Assembly: GCA_040954595.2 (NCBI GenBank)
Contig: CM082590.2
Span: forward strand, 8,432,001 to 8,496,000
Length of the DNA: 64,000 nucleotides
Reading direction: 5' to 3'
Source of the DNA: Balanoglossus misakiensis
Taxonomy: Eukaryota; Animalia; Hemichordata
The notes beneath the pieces are model-generated. The model was not told where the DNA came from. It did no database searches and worked only from the letters and a program-made list of their open reading frames with translations. Positions 50,899-62,526 of the stretch are shown here, piece after piece (positions within the stretch are counted from its first letter, which is position 1; every line of letters begins with the position of its first letter). The position numbers and the translations under genes are program-made.

Positions 50899-52830
50899 CC
50901 TCCAGCGGGTCTTGATCTCGCGTCCTTCCACTTGCTAGTCACTTACCTTGACCACTAGGCCACGGAGCTGCATGCAAACATATGCTCGGAACTTCTATAT
51001 ATTGGTCACATCACTTACTAATAACCTAGGAAAAGGATTTAGAGCCAATTTTTCGATAAAAAAATGGTTTTTACAGCTTCTAATGCATGGTAGAGTAAAT
51101 AAAAACAGAATATTCCTGTTTAAAGAGAGAAAAAAAGGAAAAAAAAGTGGATCAAAGTACCAAGTACTTGGCCTTTGGTTGAAAAAAAGGCCATCCTTAC
51201 CGGGGCTCGAACCCAGGTCCGCCGCATGGCAGTCCATGGCCCTGACCACTAGGCCACGCTAATGTTTATATGGTTGATCAATCAACTAAGTTATGAATGC
51301 CACAACGTAATTGTATGTAAACAAGATGGCTCGATCGCGTAAAAGCAAGTACTTTTCGTCATGCTAAAAGAAGACTGAGCTTGTTTTCGGTCAATACTGT
51401 TGGCGGTAACGTTAATTCGATAGAAAGATGTTCATAGTTTATACTTTACTGTCGAAAACACGCATTTTTCTAAGGGCTTTAGCGCGCCTGTGTTTGGGTC
51501 AAGTCACACGTCACGGAAGGCTAAAGGTCATGCACAGCGCTCTCTAGAGACGGTATCGACAATTAGTCTGTCACATGACAGTCGCATGTAAATGTACTGT
51601 ATACGTAATCCAGGTGCAATGACGTCACGGGGAAAAGGGGGAGGAATATGAGACTATAAAAAGCGTCTTCCTAGTCACGTGAGACGCAGTGGTCATCGAC
51701 ATCAATCTACCATAGAAAAAAATAAATAAATCCCTGCCGGGAATCGAACCCGGGACCTCTCGCACCATAGCCAATCACTCTAGCCACTACGCCACACAGT
51801 CATTTGCATAATTTGCATGAATACTAAGATATAACCTATAGACTATGCTCTTGGTGGTTTACTTAAGTTATTTTCGGCACGCTACGATTAGAACGGGCTT
51901 ATTTACGGCCCGTAACTTCCATGGTAGAATAATTTGGATAGAAAGATGTCTGTATTTTGTGCGATACTATTAAAAAACTTATTTCAAAGGGCGCTATCGC
52001 GACTAGTGCAACGCAACACGTACATATCCCAAGAAGGTCCGTCAAATACCAGACCAGGAATATGAGACCATGATGAGCGTCTTCCTTAGTCACGTGAGAC
52101 GCACTGGTCATTGACATCAATCTACCATAGAAAAAAAATGAATCCCTGCCGGGAATAGAACCCGGGACTTCTCGCACCGTAGCCAATCACTCTAGCCATT
52201 ACACCATATAGTCATTTGCATAATTTGCATGAATACTAGGATATATCCTATAAGACTATGTTCTTGGTAGTTTACTAAAGTTATTTTCGTCTCACTACAT
52301 TGAGACCGGGCTTATTTACGGCCCGTAACTTCCATGGTAGAGTAAATTCGGTAGAAAGATGACTGTAGTTCGTGCGATACCACCAAAAAACTTATTTCTA
52401 GGAGCGCTAGCGAGGTTGTGTTTGGGCAAAGCCCCAGAAGGTCAAAGGTCAAACTCGACCCCATATTCTGTCCTCTAGGGGAGGGAGTGAGAGGGAAGCC
52501 TCTCCATAGGGCGCTATGCACGATGTCCGTCAATTACCAGACCATCACTCCACACTTTAAGGTCAAAGTTCATACACAGCTAACTAAGCCTGTCTTCAGC
52601 AACTTTAGCCTAACAAATATCTTTGGATGAGCTATCTCACAACACCGTATTTTGCATTTATAAATTATGAAACTGATTTATTTGGAAATCATTACACAGA
52701 AGAAAAACGAATGAGACTTCTACAAAATGTAATATAACGGGACCAATTTATTTTGGGAAAAATAAAAATAACCCCAACAGGGTTTGAACTAAAAACATTG
52801 CGAATCGCTATCCAATACTCTAAACATTTT
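50899..52830 (-). pseudogene. Series of tRNA-like (A-box/B-box) cassettes at 50899-50969, 51192-51263, 51730-51801, 52143-52213 and 52769-52830 (degenerate); last two duplicated at 54752-54822 and 55378-55439
   Basis: Minus strand TGGCCTAGTGG / TGGCGTAGTGG A-boxes, GGTTCGAGCCC / GGTTCGATTCC B-boxes with paired T-stems, T-runs downstream of most; anticodon stems do not pair. Confidence 0.7.
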
Positions 52831-55800
52831 CAGTAGATTTCTAAATTCAAAACCTTTTACATTTTAAAAAAGCACAACTTGTAATAAATAAAAATACACG
52901 CACAAGATTATGTAGTCTTATAACATTTATTTATTGCAAGACTATGTAGAATTTTGAAAATGAAATCCATTCAGCATTTCACAATTAAAAACAACCTGTA
53001 CATGTTAAACTGAACTGCGGTTAACACTGGTTACAAGATCCAAATTTTTTCTGCATTTTTTCAACCAAATATCTCAACCCAGCTGATACCAAGGCTTAGT
53101 AAAAGCAGTTGAATTGTACATATACAACCTGAAAAATAAAAAAAAACATAACAATGTTATTATTTGTATTCGCTGTGAGTTAATTTTGAAAAACTGATTT
53201 TTTCCCCCCAAATAAATTGTCATGTTATCTGTGTGTATATGTGTGTGTAAATCATGTAAATAAACATGATTATGCAGAAAAAAACACTAAAAAAAATTAA
53301 TAATGTTCTTTCACCAGATATAACTGTAAAATGAACAGAAACATAATAAAACATTGATTAGCTTGTGACAATTTTTCAACTTTGGGTATTTTCAAAATTT
53401 GGCCATTTTTCACAAAAAATCATGGGTTATAGCTCATGAAAATCATCAAAAAATGACAATTTTTCAACTTTGGGAATTTTCAAAATTTGGCCATTTTTCA
53501 CAAAAAATCATGGGTTATAGCTCATGAAAATCATCAAAAAATGACAATTTTTCAACTTTGGGTATTTTCAAAATTTGGCCATTTTTCACAAAAAATCATG
53601 GGTTATAGCTCATGAAAATCATCAAAAAATGACAATTTTTCAACTTTGGGAATTTTCAAAATTTGGCCATTTTTCACAAAAAATCATGGGTTATAGCTCA
53701 TGAAAATCATCAAAAAATGACAATTTTTCAACTTTGGGAATTTTCAAAATTTGGCCATTTTTCACAAAAAATCATGGGTTATAGCTCATGAAAATCATCA
53801 AAAAATGACAATTTTTCAACTTTGGGAATTTTCAAAATTTGGCCATTTTTCACAAAAGATCATGGGTTATATGAGCTATAACCCATGATAACCCATGATT
53901 TTTTGTGAAAAATGGCCAAATTTTGAAAATTCCCAAAGTTGAAAAATTGTCATTTTTTGATGATTTTCATGAGCTATAACCCATGATTTTTTGTGAAAAA
54001 TGGCCAAATTTTGAAAATTCCCAAAGTTGAAAAATTGTCATTTTTTGATGATTTTCATGAGCTATAACCCATGATTTTTTGTGAAAAATGGCCAAATTTT
54101 GAAAATTCCCAAAGTTGAAAAATTGTCATTTTTTGATGATTTTCATGAGCTATAACCCATGATTTTTTGTGAAAAATGGCCAAATTTTGAAAATACCCAA
54201 AGTTGAAAAATTGTCATTTTTTGATGATTTTCATGAGCTATAACCCATGATTTTTTGTGAAAAATGGCCAAATTTTGAAAATTCCCAAAGTTGAAAAATT
54301 GTCATTTTTTGATGATTTTCATGAGCTATAACCCATGATTTTTTGTGAAAAATGGCCAAATTTTGAAAATACCCAAAGTTGAAAAATTGTCACAAGCTAA
54401 TCAATGTTTTATTATGTTTCTGTTCATTTTACAGTTATATCTGGTGAAAGAACATTATTAATTTTTTTTACTTAAGTTATTTTCGGCACGCTACGATTAG
54501 AACGGGCTTATTTACGGCCCGTAACTTCCATGGTAGAATAATTTGGATAGAAAGATGTCTGTATTTTGTGCGATACTATTAAAAAACTTATTTCAAAGGG
54601 CGCTATCGCGACTAGTGCAACGCAACACGTACATATCCCAAGAAGGTCCGTCAAATACCAGACCAGGAATATGAGACCATGATGAGCGTCTTCCTTAGTC
54701 ACGTGAGACGCACTGGTCATTGACATCAATCTACCATAGAAAAAAAATGAATCCCTGCCGGGAATAGAACCCGGGACTTCTCGCACCGTAGCCAATCACT
54801 CTAGCCATTACACCATATAGTCATTTGCATAATTTGCATGAATACTAGGATATATCCTATAAGACTATGTTCTTGGTAGTTTACTAAAGTTATTTTCGTC
54901 TCACTACATTGAGACCGGGCTTATTTACGGCCCGTAACTTCCATGGTAGAGTAAATTCGGTAGAAAGATGACTGTAGTTCGTGCGATACCACCAAAAAAC
55001 TTATTTCTAGGAGCGCTAGCGAGGTTGTGTTTGGGCAAAGCCCCAGAAGGTCAAAGGTCAAACTCGACCCCATATTCTGTCCTCTAGGGGAGGGAGTGAG
55101 AGGGAAGCCTCTCCATAGGGCGCTATGCACGATGTCCGTCAATTACCAGACCATCACTCCACACTTTAAGGTCAAAGTTCATACACAGCTAACTAAGCCT
55201 GTCTTCAGCAACTTTAGCCTAACAAATATCTTTGGATGAGCTATCTCACAACACCGTATTTTGCATTTATAAATTATGAAACTGATTTATTTGGAAATCA
55301 TTACACAGAAGAAAAACGAATGAGACTTCTACAAAATGTAATATAACGGGACCAATTTATTTTGGGAAAAATAAAAATAACCCCAACAGGGTTTGAACTA
55401 AAAACATTGCGAATCGCTATCCAATACTCTAAACATTTTCAGTAGATTTCTAAATTCAAAACCTTTTACATTTTAAAAAAGCACAACTTGTAATAAATAA
55501 AAATACACGCACAAGATTATGTAGTCTTATAACATTTATTTATTGCAAGACTATGTAGAATTTTGAAAATGAAATCCATTCAGCATTTCACAATTAAAAA
55601 CAACCTGTACATGTTAAACTGAACTGCGGTTAACACTGGTTACAAGATCCAAATTTTTTCTGCATTTTTTCAACCAAATATCTCAACCCAGCTGATACCA
55701 AGGCTTAGTAAAAGCAGTTGAATTGTACATATACAACCTGAAAAATAAAAAAAAACATAACAATGTTATTATTTGTATTCGCTGTGAGTTAATTTTGAAA

Positions 55801-56540
55801 AACTGATTTTTTCCCCCCAAATAAATTGTCATGTTATCTGTGTGTATATGTGTGTGTAAATCATGTAAATAAACATGATTATGCAGAAAAAAACACTAAA
55901 AAAAATTAATAATGTTCTTTCACCAGATATAACTGTAAAATGAACAGAAACATAATAAAACATTGATTAGCTTGTGACAATTTTTCAACTTTGGGTATTT
56001 TCAAAATTTGGCCATTTTTCACAAAAAATCATGGGTTATAGCTCATGAAAATCATCAAAAAATGACAATTTTTCAACTTTGGGAATTTTCAAAATTTGGC
56101 CATTTTTCACAAAAAATCATGGGTTATAGCTCATGAAAATCATCAAAAAATGACAATTTTTCAACTTTGGGTATTTTCAAAATTTGGCCATTTTTCACAA
56201 AAAATCATGGGTTATAGCTCATGAAAATCATCAAAAAATGACAATTTTTCAACTTTGGGAATTTTCAAAATTTGGCCATTTTTCACAAAAAATCATGGGT
56301 TATAGCTCATGAAAATCATCAAAAAATGACAATTTTTCAACTTTGGGAATTTTCAAAATTTGGCCATTTTTCACAAAAAATCATGGGTTATAGCTCATGA
56401 AAATCATCAAAAAATGACAATTTTTCAACTTTGGGAATTTTCAAAATTTGGCCATTTTTCACAAAAGATCATGGGTTATATGAGCTATAACCCATGATAA
56501 CCCATGATTTTTTGTGAAAAATGGCCAAATTTTGAAAATT
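51861..56540. repeat. Direct duplication of ~2.07 kb (51861-~53931 = 54470-~56540, offset 2609) enclosing an inverted copy of 53289-~53870
   Basis: Identical ORF translations at offset 2609 in the ORF track; 53886-54469 is the reverse complement of 53289-53870. Confidence 0.95.
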
Positions 56541-57440
56541 TCCCAAAACAAAAAATTGTCATTTTTTGATGATTTTCATGAGCTATAACCCATGATTTTT
56601 TGAGAAAAATGGCCAAATTTTGAAAATTCCCAAAGTTGAAAAATATTCATTTTTTGATGATTTTTATGAGCTATAACCCATGATTTTTTGTGAAAAATGG
56701 CCAAATTTTGAAAATTCCCAAAGTCGAAAAATTGTCATTTTTTGATGATTTTCATGAGCTATAACCCATGATTTTTTGTGAAAAATGGCCAAATTTTGAA
56801 AATTCCCAAAGTTGAAAAATTGTCATTTTTTGATGATTTTCATGAGCTATAACCCATGATTTTTTGTGAAAAATTGCCAAATTTTGAAAATTCCCAAAGT
56901 CGAAAAATTGTAATTTTTTGATGATTTTCATGAGCTATAACCCATGATTTTTTGTGAAAAATGGCCAAATTTTGAAAATTCCCAAATTCGAAAAATTGTC
57001 ATTTTTTGACGATTTTCATGAGCTATAACCCATGATTTTTTGTGAAAAATGGCCAAATTTTGAAAATTCCCAAAGTTGAAAAATATTCATTTTTTGATGA
57101 TTTTCATGAGCTATAACCCATGATTTTTTGTGAAAAATGGCCAAATTTTGAAAATTCCCAAAGTTGAAAAATATTCATTTTTTGATGATTTTCATGAGCT
57201 ATAACCCATGATTTTTTGTGAAAAATGGCCAAATTTTGAAAATTCCCAAAGTTGAAAAATATTCATTTTTTGATGATTTTCGTGAGCTATAACCCATGAC
57301 TTTTTGTGAAAAATGGCCAAATTTTGAAAATTCCCAAAGTCGAAAAATTGTCATTTTTTGATGATTTTCATGAGCTATAACCCATGATTTTTTGTGAAAA
57401 ATGGCCAAATTTTGAAAATTCCTAAAGTTGAAAAATATTC
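53366..57440. repeat. 88-bp satellite arrays in alternating orientation (53366-53870 fwd, 53886-54391 rev, 55975-56479 fwd, 56495-57440 rev)
   Basis: Unit CATGGGTTATAGCTCATGAAAATCATCAAAAAATGACAATTTTTCAACTTTGGGAATTTTCAAAATTTGGCCATTTTTCACAAAAAAT; period 88 (53421 to 53509). Confidence 0.95.
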
Positions 57441-57796
57441 ATTTATGAACTCCCATTTCTTAAACATGGCAAAAATCGGCCATCTTGAAATTGTGTCGAC
57501 AATATGAGATTTCCATCACTTAGGTAGCAAAATTCTATTTAAGGTAGGGAGAATTGAAGTCAAATAATATGTACTCACTCTAAGGTATACTGTCTATACC
57601 AAGGCCTTCTACAATGTTGAAGATTGGTAGCCGTTCACTGGCTTCACAAGACAACCTGTAAAATGAAAATAAAAAAAAATACTTAAATATGTATTTTTTG
57701 TGAACTGATTTGTTTTCCAAAATAAAAGTTATTTTTCTTATGTGTTTATTGCATTCTACACATCATATTATAATATATATATACTAGTAGTATTTA

Positions 57797-57851
<55 letters not shown>

Positions 57852-58760
57852 AGGGATTAATTACATGGGTATAGTGCATGTATAAATCATGAATATTAAC
57901 AGAAATAATAAAACAATTTGAATAATATTCTTTCAACAGATACAACCTGCAAAATGAACAGAAACAAATACAAATTATTTTATTTTTATTTTGTAGTATT
58001 GTCTCGTTTTTCATGATCGCAATATTGGAGTACATTCAGGTGGTTTGTAAATTTTGTCTGGAATTCCCAAAAGACAACTGTTTGACTACAAGAATCAAAT
58101 TGCACAACAATCAGACTGAGAAATAAAGTATTTTGACCAAAAATAGCAAGACCAAATGTCAAAATACAATAATGACATTGTCTCCATAATTTCAGCACAT
58201 ATTGCAACCTTATATATTCTCTTTTAAAATTATAAATAACGATCAGGGTCACCAGGCAAAAAATTTGATTGAGGGAGCAAAATTTCCAAATTTTAAAATC
58301 CAAAATGGCCGCCAACACTGTTTGATCTCTCTTGAAACTTGTCAATGTTAATACTTTTGTTAATTTCAGTAAAAAAAAAGAGGGGGGCTAGTAATAGTCA
58401 TAATGGAGAATTGACTTCTCAATAAAAAAAAAACTTTAGCTAGCACACATTTAAGTTGGCTTTGTAGAACTTCCCCTAACTTTTGGAAGTGGGTGTTGCA
58501 TAACATGTATGATGTTCATGTGTAAACATAAACAATAGACCTACTGTCAGAGCAAGAAACTGTTTCTTGAAAAATAAAAGATCAGCTGCGCATAACTACA
58601 GAATTATGAGACTTACCATCAGTAGACTCCTTCCTGTGTACTTTCGATGATCTTGGGAGTTCTTTATCTCTGGCAGCGAGTCGGGAAAACAGCATGACAA
58701 CCTCAAAGTTTTGACAGCTGACATCGACTGTCTATTCATTACCGTCCGCCATCTTTGATT
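55520..58760 (-). ncRNA. Candidate spliced lncRNA (3 exons)
   Basis: Promoter-like CCGGAAAT and AAGATGGCGG at ~58746-58770; donor at 58617; internal exon 57579-57655 with pyrimidine-tract acceptor and GTGAGT donor; terminal exon from 55737 with AATAAA at 55535-55544. Only short ORFs. No expression evidence. Confidence 0.35.
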
Positions 58761-60140
58761 CATTTCCGGTCTTCACCATTTCAATTATGGCCGATGGTGG
58801 CGCTGTTCTTTTAAGTCCGTGGCCTGCAAGCAAGAGGATATCGTTTCAAAAGGCATATATTCCCCAAATTTCCAATGAATATAAAGCGAGTTTTACAAAA
58901 TTGGATTGCTACAAAAGTACATGTAGTAAAAACGTTTATAACACGACTTTTTAAATAATTCACAAGAGGAGCGTAAGACTTTTACCCAGCAAGATGTTGA
59001 AATGGTCACCCCTTAAAAATATGTTATTGGCTAGATCGTCACAGTAACCATAGAAACTGTGGCTTAACATCATGACTTCCACGGAAACAGTGTAATATTT
59101 AGACAGACAGACAGACAGAAAAAACTCTCATACTTTGTACAAGTCAAAAACAACCAATTGATACTTTTCCTCAATTCACTTTATTTCTTTAAAAGACAAA
59201 AAGTTCTTAAATCCTACTTGTACAATTTTTTCTGTAAAAAGACCTCTCGCATAGTTATCATTCACAACATGACAAGATTTTGTGTAATCACTTTGATTAA
59301 CAAGCAAACATTTCAAAACTAGCTGTTTATCAGAAGCCAATTATAAAAGTTGACGTCATATAAAAACAATATTGTTCAACTCCTGGATTAAATGCATTTG
59401 CAACTACCAATGAAATCCACTTAATGTTGTAAATATATCTAACGTAAATAACGCTCTGAGTACCTCTAAATACAACCCTTTATTAACAAATACTGACAGA
59501 CCTACTTGTTAATCATTTGGGGGATGTTTTTTCTCTCATGATTATTGAAGAAAACGATTGCAAATTGAACCAAAAACTTGACACCTTGTGCCCAACTGAA
59601 ACTGAACCTATGTAATAGACTAACATTTAAGTCATCTTTGCTGATATGGGAAGCATCCCCCCCCCCCAAATCATGATTGGCACATGAATTGACTGTTATT
59701 TTAGTTCAACTTTAGATTCTAAATCTGATATGATTGCCAGATTCAGCTGGTTAGTGCAGTTCACTTTTGAACAAATCAGAAGCATAATAGTCACAAAATA
59801 TCAACGCGACTGTTAATGGCAAACCATCTTTGTAAAAGCACAGCTTTGGAGCACGTGAATCGAATGGACAATTGTGGTCGCCATTTTCTGTTTAATCTTC
59901 ATCACGAATTGGAGATAGATACCCTGTGTGCCGTACACGAAAATTCACAGCACCGTTTATCAAGACAGTGTCATAAGTCATATTATCATCAAGTTGTTTT
60001 GTTTTCTTATTTCAGCGAATCGCCCAGTCTCTTCCCGCCGTTTTCATAGTCCGGTGGTGGTTCGGGCAATTAACAGAGCACCCTCAACGGTGGCGGTGGT
60101 GCAAATGGAGCGCACCCTCACAGTTCTTTGCGGGGGGTAT

Positions 60141-61697
60141 TTATTTGACGCGTTTGGTGGCCTTGACGTAGTAAGGCATGATTTGGGTCATGCAGATTGG
60201 CTGGTTGAGATCTTTTGTGTTGCCGTCAAGGGTGAAGTTGTAACGGTGAAGAAGGGTGGTGAAGAAAAGGAAAAGTTCCATTCTGGCCAATTGCTGTCCC
60301 AGACAGGAACGTGGACCTGAAATAATAAAAGTAATGCAATGAGTCCGTGTTTCAGAAGAGTCTTACACATTTAAATTAACCCAGGTGTATGGCAGATATA
60401 ACACATAATGGAAGGCTTAGACTTTTAGAGACTAGGGGAGAACCATTTAATTTCTGTGGTAGATGGAGGATTTGGGGGACAAAAATTGTTGGCAGATGGT
60501 GCTGAGAGGAAAAAAATCTTCATAATGCTCCCCCCCCCCTAAAGCATATGGTTCTTTCCTTAAGACAGTAACTATTCTGTCCATGAGGTCGAATGGTGAC
60601 TCAAAGTCGCTCACTTTTGACATTTTTGGCTATTTGACCACAAAAAATTGCATGGTATTCTTCTAAAGATAAACTGGTTATTAAAAGTTAGTATTTTGTG
60701 TTCTGTACTTACCAATGCCAAATGGCAGGTAGACGTGCGACTGTTGGCTGAAGTGTCCATTTTCATCCAGATTTCTTTCGGGCCTGAATTCCATGGGGTT
60801 TGGCCAGAATTTGGGGTCACCTTGCACTGACCAGAAGTTGGTCAAGACGTAGGTCTGGTTGGGGATGTGGTAACCATAGAGACTGGTGTCCTCACTGGTC
60901 ATGTGCGGGATGCCGAAGGGAGAGATTGGCCGGATGCGGATGATCTCCAGGAGGACGGACTCGACGTAGTGCAGCTCGGCTCGGTCGGCGACGGTGGGTT
61001 CGCGGTCCCTGCCAACAACGCGGTCGAGTTCCTCCTGGACTTTCTTCTGGATCTCCGGGTACTTCACCATCTGTAAGAACGACCAAGCCAAGACGTCGCC
61101 GACGGTCTGGTTCCCGAAGAAGATGTCCAGCACCGAGATGATGACCGATTCGTCGTTGAAGTCCAGCTCAGGTCTGTCTGCCTGTCGTTCGATTTCGTCC
61201 AGGTAGCAATCGATGTAACTCTTGGATTTCGTCTTGTTTCTGCTCCCAAGTTGCTTTCTCAGTGCCCGCTTCTTGTCGATCTCCGACTGAGCGAAGGTCC
61301 TGGCGTTGAAGATGTTGTCCAGCACTCGCTTGGTGGGACCGAACGGGAGCTTGGTCAGCCCCGGCAGCAGCGTCATCACCCCAGCCGGGTTGGTGTCTGT
61401 GGAGAAGCCGTTCAGCGCCTCGAAGTAGTCGATCGCGGCCTGGTTGGTGTACTCGAACCTGTGGCCGTAGACGAAGTTGCACTGGATGTTGCACACGGCG
61501 TGCTGGAACATGGTGCCGAGATCCAGGGACGCGCCTCTCTTCATGTCCATCAACTCCTTCATCACCACCTGGATTTCACTCTCAATCGTCTTCATGAACA
61601 CCTCCGTCTTTCCCCAGCCGAATTCACGCACCAACTTCTGGGTGAATTTTCTCTGTTCGTGCCAACGTGTGCCTTTGGAGTGGAGGGTGCCTGCAAC

Positions 61698-61738
<41 letters not shown>

Positions 61739-62526
61739 CCAATACTCAACCAATAATACTTTGTTATCACATGACTGGACAATTGACATTGCAATAGTGA
61801 CAAACATGATATATCAAACATAAAAACCTGAATAAAAACACAAAATATTAAAACACCGAAAATCACATCGGATTCGTGAAAATTACGGACGGATAATTTA
61901 ACAATTAAGGAGGAAAATGCAGGAGTCAAAATAAATCAGAGTCTAGTATTACCCATGGACAGCTTTGGATGTGCGCATCTGATTGAAAGACACGACAACG
62001 CTTTTGAAATCAAATTTGGAGACCACGTTCAGTCCACAGTTTTGAAAATTCGTTTTTAGCAGTGGTGGTCATTGAGTTTTGATATCACCGAGAGAGAGAG
62101 AAATAAGTGACTGATTTTCTCACCTCTGCCGTCATGTGCCAATATCTCAGTCTGGATGTTGACCGGTCTTTCACTGAAATGCTCTTGCTGCCTGAGCAGC
62201 GCCTGCTTGATGGCTTCATAACCGTTCAAGACCACCACTTCTTTGGTCCCCAGTTGCATCCGATAGACGTTGCCGTATTTCTTAGCCAGGTCCACCATGT
62301 CGGTCCACGGCGTTCGACTCCAGATTAAGTGCAGGTTACCGATGATCGGCAGCACCGGCGGGCGGGGCGGGAGTTTCTTGCCGTTGCGGTAGTTGGACAT
62401 GGGACCGTAGTTCTTGATGATCCAGGATGTCGTGATGAGAACGATGATGGCCAAGAGCAGAGTGACCGGGTCGACAACAGAGAAGACATTCTGCGCGAAG
62501 ACTTGAGCTTGGGCCGTGGCTATCAT
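60141..62526 (-). CDS. Cytochrome P450, clan 2-like, microsomal
   Basis: Exons 62124-62526, 60713-61690, 60141-60316. TM anchor, [27 protein letters not shown], heme motif FGIG|PRSCLG spanning the last intron. TATATATA at 62731-62738. Confidence 0.94.

Noticed and set aside
50899-52830. Functional tRNA genes
   Set aside because: Anticodon stems do not pair and acceptor stems are mostly poor; kept as tRNA-like cassettes only.
53366-57440. Regular repeats as a CRISPR array
   Set aside because: No unique spacers, no cas genes, eukaryotic context; it is a satellite.
43197-57440. Autonomous Polinton, Helitron or LTR element
   Set aside because: No integrase, polB, RepHel or RT coding remnants recognised; no TSD found.
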